The notes beneath the pieces are model-generated. The model was not told where the DNA came from and searched no databases. It saw only the letters and a list, made by a program, of their open reading frames with translations. DNA of 64,000 nucleotides from a bacterium. Lineage in GTDB: Bacteria; UBA10199; 2-02-FULL-44-16; JAAZCA01. The translations under genes and the position numbers were made by a program. The DNA lies in the NCBI GenBank assembly GCA_963674695.2, contig CAXXGI010000002.1:576001-640000 (forward strand). The letters run 5' to 3'. This document shows, piece after piece, positions 55,765 through 64,000 of this stretch. Position 1 is the first letter of the stretch, and each line of letters starts with the position of its first letter.

Positions 55765-57573
55765 TTAGAGGTCCGTCGGTTCCTCAATCATCTCTACCGC
55801 AGCGCGCGGACATTCCTGCATGCAGACGCCGCAGCCCTTGCAGAAGAAGTAGTCGATCTCAAAGCCGCCCGTTTTTTTTGCGATGGCGACATCCGGGCAA
55901 TAGATGAAGCAGTTGTCGCACTCCGTACAGCGGCCGCAGTGAAAACAGCGGGCCAGTTCCGTCTGTTGCGTAGCGGCATCAATCGTGGGGTGTACCTCGG
56001 CGAACCCCCCGTCGGCCAGCCGTGCCTCCACATCGAGCGAAGGTGTGGAGGCCGGTTCCGAATACGGAAAATAGGCGGCATTGAGCTCTTCGAATGTGAC
56101 CACTTTGTTCTGGAGGTCGAGTTCGGATGTCGTCGACGTGCGCGGCAGCGTTCCCGTGCGATGTTGGAGATAACGGCTCATCACGATGGCATTGGAATCC
56201 GGCATGCGGATCGCGTCGAAGACCGCCTCCATGTTTTCACCGCGCAGGAGACAATCGATGGCGATCGCGCTGCGTTTTCCCGAGGCGACGGCATCCACGA
56301 CGGTGCGAGGCTGAGCGATAAAGTCGCCTCCGGCGAAGACGTTCGACCATTCCGTGCGTCCGCCATCGCGCGTCTTGATCGCGCCGTTTTCGATGGGCAG
56401 CGCCGACGGGATGATCGAGGTCTCGATCTCCTCGCCGATGGCGGTGAGAATCGTATTGCCTTCGAAGATCACTTCCTCCTCTTCGGCGGGGACGGGGCGC
56501 CGACGGCCGCTCTCATCCGGTTCGTCCAGGACCATCGGTTGGCAGGCGAGCCCCGCTATCGCCCCCTGTTTGACGACGATGCGCCGGGGTTCGACCAGTT
56601 CGCGAAGCTCCACGCCCTCGGCGAGCGCGGCCTCCACCTCTTCGGCAAACGCCGGCATCTCCATGCGCGAGCGCCGGTAGAGAAGCGTGACCTCGCTTCC
56701 CATCCGACGCGCGGTGCGGGCGGTATCGATGGCGGTGTTGCCGCCGCCGACGACGAGCACCTGCTTGCCGATCTTGGGGTCGCGTTTGGCCGCCACCGTG
56801 CGCAGAAATTCAAGTCCCGGCATGATGCCGTGCTGTTTTTCATCGGCCAGCCCCAACGGTCTGGATTTGTTCGCGCCGATGGCCAGGAAGACGGCGTTGT
56901 AGTCCTGCCGCAGCGGTTGCATATGGGACGCGTCGCGGATGCCGTGGTCAAGTTTGAAGGTGATGCCCATGCGCTCGAATCGAGCGATTTCGCGATCGAG
57001 CACATCGTCGGGCAGACGGTAGGCGGGGATGCCATAGCGCAGCATGCCGCCGGCGAGCTTGGTGCGCTCGAAGACGGTGACGTCATGGCCCAGGCGCGTG
57101 AGGTGGTAAGCGGCAGAGAGTCCTGCCGGACCCGATCCGATTACGGCGATGCTCTTGCCGCTCTTGGGAAAATGCGCCGCCGCTGTGGGGAGCGTCTCGC
57201 CCATCGCGTCGCCCAGGGCGCGCTCGAGCATCGGGATGTTGACCGTGCCGCCCAGCTCATTCCGGTTGCACTTCGACGTGCAGGGGTGAAAGCAGACGCG
57301 CCCCATCACGGCGGGGAAGGGACTCTCGAGTGTGGCGACCTCCCAGGCCTTCTCCAGGTTGCCCTCTTCGAAGAAACGAATCCATCCCTCGATGTCGCAT
57401 GAAGTGGGGCAGGCATGCTGGCAGGCGGGGATGCGTTCGACGTATCGCGGACGCATGTAGCGCCAGGTGCCCGTCTCATTCCATTCGGTCGTGGCCAGCG
57501 CCATCGTAAACGGCGGCATCTGCGTTTCGCTCTCAAAGTGGATGGCCTCAGGACGCTTCATCTGCTTACTCAT
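55765..57573 (-). CDS. GltD/SudA-like NAD(P)/FAD oxidoreductase fused to a delta-type 2x[4Fe-4S] ferredoxin
   Basis: TGTWRYMRP, CQHACP, GRVCFHPC, GSGPAG, GGGNTA, CFHCGRCTECDNCFIYCPD, CKGCGVCMQECP. Confidence 0.9.
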   Translation of the reverse strand: MSKQMKRPEAIHFESETQMPPFTMALATTEWNETGTWRYMRPRYVERIPACQHACPTSCDIEGWIRFFEEGNLEKAWEVATLESPFPAVMGRVCFHPCTSKCNRNELGGTVNIPMLERALGDAMGETLPTAAAHFPKSGKSIAVIGSGPAGLSAAYHLTRLGHDVTVFERTKLAGGMLRYGIPAYRLPDDVLDREIARFERMGITFKLDHGIRDASHMQPLRQDYNAVFLAIGANKSRPLGLADEKQHGIMPGLEFLRTVAAKRDPKIGKQVLVVGGGNTAIDTARTARRMGSEVTLLYRRSRMEMPAFAEEVEAALAEGVELRELVEPRRIVVKQGAIAGLACQPMVLDEPDESGRRRPVPAEEEEVIFEGNTILTAIGEEIETSIIPSALPIENGAIKTRDGGRTEWSNVFAGGDFIAQPRTVVDAVASGKRSAIAIDCLLRGENMEAVFDAIRMPDSNAIVMSRYLQHRTGTLPRTSTTSELDLQNKVVTFEELNAAYFPYSEPASTPSLDVEARLADGGFAEVHPTIDAATQQTELARCFHCGRCTECDNCFIYCPDVAIAKKTGGFEIDYFFCKGCGVCMQECPRAAVEMIEEPTDL

Positions 57574-58193
57574 ATCCGACCCTCCGGCTCGATCGTTTCC
57601 GTTGTCGCTGTGGCCTCGCCGGGGATTTCTTTTCCGGCATAACGAACGTCTTCATACGCTTCTTGCGCGGCTTTCGCGTTTGCCTCCGCCTTGATCGGGA
57701 CGCCTTTTTTGATAGCGGCGCAAATGGCCTCGATCGAGCAGATGCCGGTAACGCGGCAGAAGGCGCCGAGGATCGCCGTGTTGACGATGGGGCTCATGGC
57801 CGAGCCCAGCCGGTGGCGCACGGCAATCTGGCTCGCGTCCACGGTGGCCACGCGAAGCCCCTCGAGTTCGGGGCGGTGGACAAGCTCCGATGGATCGCGC
57901 GGCGTATTGATGAGCACCCATCCTTCTCGCTTGAACCCGTTGAATGTCGCCGGATTCTTCAGCAGCGTGGGGTCTAAGATGATGAGGTGATCGGGCGTGT
58001 AGATCTGGCTGCGCAGGTCGATGCGTTTGTCATCGATACGCACAAACGCCATGACCGGCGCCCCGCGACGTTCGACGCCGAAGGTGGGGAAGGCCTGAAC
58101 GAACTGGCCTTCGGTGAAGACCGCGGTGGCCAGGATCTTGCCGCCGATGACGGCCCCCTGTCCCCCACGTCCGTGAAAGCGAATTTCGATCAT
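57570..58193 (-). CDS. 2-oxoacid:acceptor oxidoreductase gamma subunit
   Basis: [31 protein letters not shown]. Confidence 0.94.
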
Positions 58194-58231
58194 ATGGAGC
58201 CTCCGAGTGTTCCCAGCTACAAAGAACAGTC

Positions 58232-58396
58232 GGGCACCTCTAAAAACCAGGGTTTGGAAACCGCCTCCCGGGGAAATCATGTGCATCTTTCCGCCAAAGG
58301 CGGACCCGCCTCTGGCGGGCACAACGACGATGAAGCTTGTTCCAGACGCACATGATTTCCCCTCGCGGCGGCTCGTATGAGTTTTGAGAGGTGCCC
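58232..58396. repeat. Three-layer nested element: GGGCACCTCTAAAAAC arms > GGGGAAATCATGTGC core > CCGCC(AAA/TCT)GGCGG mini-hairpins
   Basis: Arms at 58232-58247 and 58381-58396 (15/16); core as at 25689; 30-bp insert at 58290-58319. Confidence 0.82.
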
Positions 58397-58503
58397 AGTC
58401 ATCTTCATATCGTAATAGCCTTTGCTGTCAAATCCGATTTCCGGGGGAGCAGGGCGCAGGGGTATTTTAGGGGGTTTCGGTCGAAAGGAGCCGAGGGCGC
58501 GTT

Positions 58504-59178
58504 TTAGTCCAGTCCATGGGCGTGCAATTGTTCGCGGATGCGGATCGCGGCAACGGCGAAGCGTGCGCGATAGGCGGGGTGGGTGATCATCTTCGGGTTG
58601 GGCAGGAGCGAGGCGAGTTGTGCGGCTTCCTGCTCCCCAAGTTTCGAGGCGGGTTTGCCGAAATAGTATTGGGCCCCGAGTTCGGCGCCATAGATGCGCG
58701 GCGCAAACTCGGCGACGTTGAGATAGAGTTCGAGGATGCGTTCTTTGGAGAGCATCGCTTCCATCGCGAACGCGATCCAGAGTTCATTCCACTTGCGTTG
58801 CCAGGTGCGCTCCGGTTTCAAGAAGATGTTTTTGGCCGTCTGCATCGTGATGGAGCTCGCGCCGAGCACGATGCGTCGCGCTCCGAGATCGATGATGACG
58901 GCATGGACGAGCGATTGCCAGGCGATGCCCGGATGATCGAAGAAGTGGGGATCTTCGGCGATGAGAACGGCACGGCGCAGCGCGGGCGAGATCCGTTCGA
59001 GCGAGACGACCTGCTGCACGGCCGGACGATGACAGGTGCGCATGAAGGGGGTGGAGCTCGGGGTATGATGCGACAGGTGCGCCACGGCAAGCCCGCCGCG
59101 CAGGACGAGGATCGCCCCCGCGACCAGAGCGGCCGCGAGGATGAGAACGATTATGGTGTGAAAGGGTTGCCTCATCAT
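58504..59178 (-). CDS. mtgA: Monofunctional peptidoglycan transglycosylase
   Basis: AEDPHFFDHPG, GASSITMQTAKN, RKWNE, KERILELYLN, LASLLPNP; N-terminal TM segment. Confidence 0.9.
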   Translation of the reverse strand: MMRQPFHTIIVLILAAALVAGAILVLRGGLAVAHLSHHTPSSTPFMRTCHRPAVQQVVSLERISPALRRAVLIAEDPHFFDHPGIAWQSLVHAVIIDLGARRIVLGASSITMQTAKNIFLKPERTWQRKWNELWIAFAMEAMLSKERILELYLNVAEFAPRIYGAELGAQYYFGKPASKLGEQEAAQLASLLPNPKMITHPAYRARFAVAAIRIREQLHAHGLD

Positions 59179-59186
59179 TCCTATTC

Positions 59187-60335
59187 TTAGATGCCATCCA
59201 GTTGGGCGACGCCGGCGTCGCAGAAGACGATCTCTTTGGTCGTCTTTGTGCCGTTGGCCAGCATGACCTCGAGGATCGCCTTGGTCGTTACGTCGGGTCT
59301 GGTGCCGCATTTTCGTTTCGGCATGAGTGCATGCCCCTTTGCGGTGCCGGTGATCTCGAACTGCTTGCAACTGACGACCGTGTCACCCTCTTCGGTAGAG
59401 CAGTCCTGCGGGACGCTCGCCGGGTTGCCCTTCGCTGTGAGATAGGCTGCCGGCAGATCGACGGCGTCGATGAGTCCCGAGAGCCACGAGGCATCGCGCT
59501 GTTTCGCCTCTGCCATATCCCAGGCGACATAACGCGTGATCATATCCTTTGATCCTTCTGTGTAGTGATAGTCGTTCACATAATCGAATTCGGGATGAAG
59601 GAAGTGAGCACCCGTGATCGGCATGCGGATAACGGCCAATATCGCGTCGGCGGGAATCTCCCAGTCGATACGATAGATTGCCCTGGCATGATCTACGCTG
59701 CGCCAGAGGGCGTGCGCTGAGTTGTAGTTCACGCCGAGGTTGGGATCCATGAGACATTTGAAATAATGGCTCGACCAACTCTCCTCAAACTCGCACGGCG
59801 ACATCCTCGCCACGAGGTCTGCCGTGAGGGAGAGGCCGTTGACGTCGACATCGTCGTCGTCATCATCGCCGACAACATCGTCGTCATCGTCGTCATCATC
59901 GCCCACGACGGCCGCGTCCGTGATGACCAGATCCATGGCATTGGACTCAACTTGTCCCTCATCCGTCTCGCGCACGACCTTGACCGACACGGTCCCCGCC
60001 TCGACCTGGGGTACCAGGAACGGAATCTGCCCGTCGATCGCATCGGGCTGGGTTGAACCCATGAGGGTGGAGAGGAAGGCGTTGCTGCTGACCGTCGCCT
60101 TGATGGTCTGATCGCCCACCATCACCTCGTCGGTCGTCGCATCGAGCCCTTCGCCATAGAGGATGACCGTCTCGCCGGGTGCCGCCTCGGACACGCTCAT
60201 CCCGGTGAGCGTGATGCTGCCGCTCAGCGAGGCATCGCCGTCGAGTTCTTCGCCCAGGATATCGCCGTCACTGCCGGCACAGCCGGAGACGAATCCCAGG
60301 GTCAGGATGATGCTGAGAATGAGGATCGTTCGCAT
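59187..60335 (-). CDS. Lipoprotein with IPT/TIG-like domain and Asp-rich VVGDDDD repeats
   Basis: Lipobox VSGC; APGETVILYGEGL; VVGDDDDDDDDVVGDDDDDD; SD AAGGAG. Confidence 0.78.
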   Translation of the reverse strand: MRTILILSIILTLGFVSGCAGSDGDILGEELDGDASLSGSITLTGMSVSEAAPGETVILYGEGLDATTDEVMVGDQTIKATVSSNAFLSTLMGSTQPDAIDGQIPFLVPQVEAGTVSVKVVRETDEGQVESNAMDLVITDAAVVGDDDDDDDDVVGDDDDDDVDVNGLSLTADLVARMSPCEFEESWSSHYFKCLMDPNLGVNYNSAHALWRSVDHARAIYRIDWEIPADAILAVIRMPITGAHFLHPEFDYVNDYHYTEGSKDMITRYVAWDMAEAKQRDASWLSGLIDAVDLPAAYLTAKGNPASVPQDCSTEEGDTVVSCKQFEITGTAKGHALMPKRKCGTRPDVTTKAILEVMLANGTKTTKEIVFCDAGVAQLDGI

Positions 60336-60619
60336 ACAGGTCTCCTTGCATACTGCTCCCCCCGTGATTGAGGTATCGGTTGGCGTGGATAGCAATATTT
60401 TCAAATGAGGCCGGTGAGCGAAGACAGATGTCGACACTACGGAAATCCCACTGAAATTATTGTGTTTTTTGGTGAAGTGTGACCGTTCCATCTGGCCGGT
60501 TTTTTCCACTTTTTATCTGGCGGAAGGAACTTCAGGGTGCAGCGAGACGATAATACGGGTAGAAGCAGTATAGGAATGGCGTTCGATGAGGTAAAAAAAT
60601 GACAGTATTGATATCGTTC

Positions 60620-60635
60620 TGGCATATATTTTGCT
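60620..60635 (+). promoter_or_regulatory. sigma54 -24/-12 promoter
   Basis: TGGCATATATTTTGCT = GG-N10-GC, about 50 nt before the GTG at 60687. Confidence 0.72.
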
Positions 60636-60686
60636 CATAAAGAGGGGTGGTGAGAAGGGGGCTGTCTCCTTCTTGAGGAGTCGCGC

Positions 60687-61517
60687 GTGAAGACGATCTT
60701 CGAATATCTGGAGTATCGGGAGTTTCTCAAGGACCTGATCGTCGATCGGAGGGCCCGCGACATCTCCGTGCGCGCCCTCTCCCAACGCGCAGGCTTCAAA
60801 TCGCCCAACTATCTTCAGCTCATCGCCGAAGGGAAGCGCAACTTGAGTCCTGCGTCGTTGGCCAAACTCGCCGACTATCTCAAGTTCAAGGGGGCCGAGC
60901 GCGAGTTCTTCGAAAACCTCGTGCTGATGAACCAGGCCGCGAGTGCGGAGCAGCAGCGCTATTATTCCGAGCGCCTCATGGCCTCGCGCCGTTTCATCGC
61001 GCTGCGCCACCTCGAGCACGATCAATACGAATACTTTACGAAGTGGTACTACGCGGCCGTGCGCGAATTGGTGCTTCTGCCCGGCTTCAAAGACGATGCG
61101 GAGTGGATTGCACGCACGCTCGTGCCCAACGTCACCATTCGGCAGGCGGCTGATGCGATGGCGCTGCTCAAGCGGCTGGAACTCGTACGCGTTGGACGCG
61201 GTGGTCGTGTCACCCAGACCGATCGCGACATCGGCACGCCACCGCAGATTGCGGGCGCGGCTGCTTTTCATTTTCATCGCGAGATGCTTGAGCGCGCGCA
61301 GCAGTCGATCGACGCCTTCGCCGCAGATGAGCGCGAGATCTCTGCGCTCACGATCGCCGTCTCGGAAGAGGAGTTTCGGAAAGCGCGGCGACGTCTGCGC
61401 GAATTTCGCAGCAAGCTGCACGCAGACCTGGGGCGGGATGGAAATGCCGGACGGGTCTATCAGCTCAACATGCAGTTCTTTCCGTTGAGCCAGGAGGTGC
61501 GACGTGGGAAATCTTAA
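60687..61517 (+). CDS. TIGR02147/DUF4423-family HTH protein
   Basis: IFEYLEYREFL, SVRALSQRAGFKSPNYL, GKRNLS, YFTKWYYAAVREL, FHREML, REISALT, VYQLNMQFFPLS. Confidence 0.88.
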   Translation: MKTIFEYLEYREFLKDLIVDRRARDISVRALSQRAGFKSPNYLQLIAEGKRNLSPASLAKLADYLKFKGAEREFFENLVLMNQAASAEQQRYYSERLMASRRFIALRHLEHDQYEYFTKWYYAAVRELVLLPGFKDDAEWIARTLVPNVTIRQAADAMALLKRLELVRVGRGGRVTQTDRDIGTPPQIAGAAAFHFHREMLERAQQSIDAFAADEREISALTIAVSEEEFRKARRRLREFRSKLHADLGRDGNAGRVYQLNMQFFPLSQEVRRGKS

Positions 61518-62298
61518 ACTCTTTATTATCGCTATCATCATTGCCGGCGTCGCCGCCTGCAGCGGTGTGCAGCGCGGGACCGATGTGGGCAATCCGATCG
61601 AAGAGAGCGAGGTGGTCGTCTATAAGGTCGCCGCGCACGGCTATGTGATGACCGCACCCGTAGGGTGGAATGCCATCCAGGAGGGAGACGCCTTTCTCTT
61701 TGCCGCACCCGATGCGAGCCAGTCGGTGCAGGCGCTCTTTCGCGAAGTCGGTGTGCAGGCGGATCCGCAGGCGTTTTTGATGGCGGATGCGGGCGCTGGT
61801 GCGGTCGTGGTTCCGGGCGCGGTGCCTGCGGTGCGGGTCGCGGCGACGAGTCTTTCGGCGCAACACACGAAGGCGGCGGGCGCTCGTGATTCCGGTGCGA
61901 TTGAAGTGCGCTATCTCGGTGCGGATCGGAACCAGATGTTACGGGTGATCGGACCGGAGGAATTGGTGCAGGTCGAACTGGATCCGAGTTGGAAGCCGGA
62001 AGCGGCAGCCGAAGGGGACGATGATGACGATGATGCTGCGCCGCCGCCGCCAGTTCGTGAGACGCAGAACGTCGAGATTGAGTCCCCCCCTCGCATTGGC
62101 GGGATCCATGAGATGGAGCGAGCCGAGGACCCGCGCATATTGAGGGATGAAGACGACGATGATGATGCGGCAACGCTCGAGCCACCTGAAGCGCCGAAGT
62201 CGATGGCGTGCGAGACCGTCACGGAATGTACCGATGGCATCTGTATCCGCGTGCTTAAGTGTGAAGAGGTGGAGTTGGAGGAAGGTTCGGACGAGTGA
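61504..62298 (+). CDS. Lipoprotein with GTDVGNP motif and acidic/Pro-rich tail
   Basis: Lipobox VAAC; GTDVGNP; GDDDDDD, PPPP; C-terminal C-x5-C-x4-C-x5-C. Confidence 0.75.
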   Translation: MGNLKLFIIAIIIAGVAACSGVQRGTDVGNPIEESEVVVYKVAAHGYVMTAPVGWNAIQEGDAFLFAAPDASQSVQALFREVGVQADPQAFLMADAGAGAVVVPGAVPAVRVAATSLSAQHTKAAGARDSGAIEVRYLGADRNQMLRVIGPEELVQVELDPSWKPEAAAEGDDDDDDAAPPPPVRETQNVEIESPPRIGGIHEMERAEDPRILRDEDDDDDAATLEPPEAPKSMACETVTECTDGICIRVLKCEEVELEEGSDE

Positions 62299-62371
62299 CA
62301 TTGTGATTGCTGATTTGTTCCCAGACTGCTGACAAAGTCATTTCATCTTGTCATTATCTAAAAACGAAGGG

Positions 62372-62467
62372 TGTCATTCCCGCGAAAGCAGCCTGCCCGC
62401 CGGTTGTGTGGCGGGGGAATCTCGCTTTTTACGGTACATCGAGATCCCCGCCTGCGCGGGGATGACA
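62372..62467. repeat. REP-like element with an inserted CCCGCC...GGCGGG hairpin
   Basis: TGTCATTCCCGCGAAAGC-[agcctgcccgccggttgtgtggcgg]-GGGAATCTCG...GCGGGGATGACA. Confidence 0.85.
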
Positions 62468-62507
62468 AAAGACGGGTTTGTCATCAATGCAATGGAAGGG
62501 GTTGCCC

Positions 62508-63371
62508 TTACACCGGATCGCTGTGGGCGGTGACCTGCGCGCCAGGGATCGCCTTCCCGATGTCGGCCACGATCGTCTCGGTCATGGCGTGTGCCTCTTC
62601 AAAACTCAGGTGTCGATCGATCTCCAGGTGAAACTCGATGTGTTTCTCCGCGCCCACCTGCCGCGTGCGCAGACGATGATAGCCGTGTACCATCGGTTCG
62701 TGCTGACGGATGCAGCGATCGATGATGGCGATGACATTTTGAGGCAGCGCCCGGTCCATGAGCTGGGTGATCGCCTCGTGCCCGACGCGCAGTGCGGAAA
62801 AGGCGATATAGAGCGAGATGAGGATGGAGATCACCGGGTCGGCGTTGGTCACATGCGCCCATCGCTCCAGCACGAGGGCGATGATGACACCGATGTTCGT
62901 CCAGACGTCCGCCCCAAAATTCAGCGCGCTTCCGGTCAGCGCGACCGATTCCGTCTGTCGTCCGACATTCCGTAAATAGCGCGCCAAGAGAGCGCTGCTG
63001 ATGATGGCCACCACCATCACCGCGATGCCGACCGTCTCGTCTTCGAGCTGGTAGCCCCGCGCGATGCGCCGAAAGGCGTGGGTGATGAGAAATATCGCTG
63101 AAGCGAGGATGAAGGCGGCCTGGATGAGCCCGGCGATGGCCTCCGCTTTGCCATGCCCGAACTGGTGTTTCTCATCGGCCGGTTTCTCCGCCGTGCGCAC
63201 GCCCGCGAGTGCCACCCCGGTGGAGAAAACATCCATGAGCGAATCGAGCGCGCTGGCTAACACCGCGATCGACAGGGTCAGCCATCCGACGGTCGCCTTG
63301 ATGAGGGTGAGGCTGGCAGCGACCAGGATGGAGACGACGGCGGCGCGCGATTTCGGGGACATGGCCATCAT
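62508..63371 (-). CDS. Cation diffusion facilitator (FieF-like)
   Basis: ASALDSLMD, KPADEKHQFGHGKAEA, YHRLRTR, EEAH, TAHSDP. Confidence 0.92.
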   Translation of the reverse strand: MMAMSPKSRAAVVSILVAASLTLIKATVGWLTLSIAVLASALDSLMDVFSTGVALAGVRTAEKPADEKHQFGHGKAEAIAGLIQAAFILASAIFLITHAFRRIARGYQLEDETVGIAVMVVAIISSALLARYLRNVGRQTESVALTGSALNFGADVWTNIGVIIALVLERWAHVTNADPVISILISLYIAFSALRVGHEAITQLMDRALPQNVIAIIDRCIRQHEPMVHGYHRLRTRQVGAEKHIEFHLEIDRHLSFEEAHAMTETIVADIGKAIPGAQVTAHSDPV

Positions 63372-64000
63372 TCCTTTCCGTCCGCGCGCAAGAGATAGTT
63401 CGCCAGCGTTCGTGAGAAGAGGCGGTAGAGTTTCACCTGTATTTCCGACGGCAGGATCTTGATCTTCTCGGGGTTGAGCCGCAGCAGTTCGCATTCCTCC
63501 AGCGCGATGATCGTTGCACTGCGCGCTCGGCCCAAGAGGAAACTCATTTCGCCGAAGCAGTTCCCGCGCGCCAGACGCCCCATGTCCGCGTTGCCCACGC
63601 GCACCTGGGCTTGCCCGGAGATCATCGCAAAAAAGGAGGTTCCCCGTTCATTCTCCTCGATGATCGTCTCATTCGCCCGATGCGTGAGCCAGGTGCCGAT
63701 GGTCATGAGCTGGGCGATCTCCTCTTCGGCGAATTCCTCGAAGAAGGCCAGCGTCTGGAGGCTTCGCACGCGTTCGGCGAGCTTTCCGGTGAGCGGTGCC
63801 GTCCCCTTGAACGCGCGTTCGACGTCGCGGGCGAAGTCCAGCGCGCTGGGGTAGCGATCGTCGGGGTCCTTGGAGAGGGCGCGGTCGGTGACGGCGGTAA
63901 AGGCTTCTGGGATCTCCGGGTTGCGCGTGTTTAAGGGGACGTGCGGTTCGTTGACGATCTTGTGGCGCATCTCCAGCGATGTCTGCGCGTCGAAGGGTTT
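63368..64000 (-). CDS. Ser/Thr protein kinase C-terminus plus cNMP-binding domain (partial; 5' end beyond window)
   Basis: KPFDAQTS...RNPEIPE...RALSKDPDDRY; IIEENERG...GNCFGEMSFLLGRARSATI. Confidence 0.82.
   Translation of the reverse strand, partial: KPFDAQTSLEMRHKIVNEPHVPLNTRNPEIPEAFTAVTDRALSKDPDDRYPSALDFARDVERAFKGTAPLTGKLAERVRSLQTLAFFEEFAEEEIAQLMTIGTWLTHRANETIIEENERGTSFFAMISGQAQVRVGNADMGRLARGNCFGEMSFLLGRARSATIIALEECELLRLNPEKIKILPSEIQVKLYRLFSRTLANYLLRADGKE

Noticed and set aside
55761-55772. GTTTTTAGAGGT resembling the right arm of the GGGCACCTCTAAAAAC element
   Set aside because: Overlaps the last codons and stop of the oxidoreductase gene and has no nearby matching left arm; probably coincidence.
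60373-60399. CCGATAC on the minus strand before lipoprotein 60335
   Set aside because: The -35 position reads AATAT, not GCAAC-like, and the gene has a normal lipoprotein signal.

Overview
GC-rich bacterial chromosomal segment. It looks like a deltaproteobacterial-type (Myxococcota/Bdellovibrionota/UBA10199-like) lineage, inferred from gene content such as the TIGR02147-like gene and sigma54 sites. The housekeeping backbone comprises a radical SAM gene, thiE-thiD, a Kef-type antiporter, gdhA, hemW-betaCASP-hrcA(CIRCE)-grpE, an LpoA-like lipoprotein, thiL, two CNNM/HlyC genes, larC, a TRAM RNA methyltransferase, rpsU-yqeY-dnaG-rpoD-Rrf2-VKOR/DsbA, an adenosine deaminase, a 2-oxoacid oxidoreductase operon, mtgA, a CDF transporter and a kinase-cNMP gene. 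About a dozen large orphan genes are interspersed. Main observation: seven or eight of the orphan transcription units share a sigma28/FliA-geometry promoter motif (GCAAC-N15-CCGATAA) that I did not see in front of the housekeeping genes. Their products lack Sec signal peptides yet carry Cys-rich, PKD, FG-GAP, beta-barrel, HEAT, M15 or M36 peptidase features, which suggests an undescribed co-regulated set of exported effectors. Second observation: the spacers hold a combinatorial, nested system of palindromic repeats (interchangeable outer arms, cores and mini-hairpin inserts), and 7-9 bp microrepeats invade thiE and hemW in frame. A leaderless HTH-nucleotidyltransferase pair resembling a toxin-antitoxin module is also present. 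No CRISPR array, rRNA, tRNA, transposase or prophage was seen. All family calls are by eye from motifs; no database searches were run.
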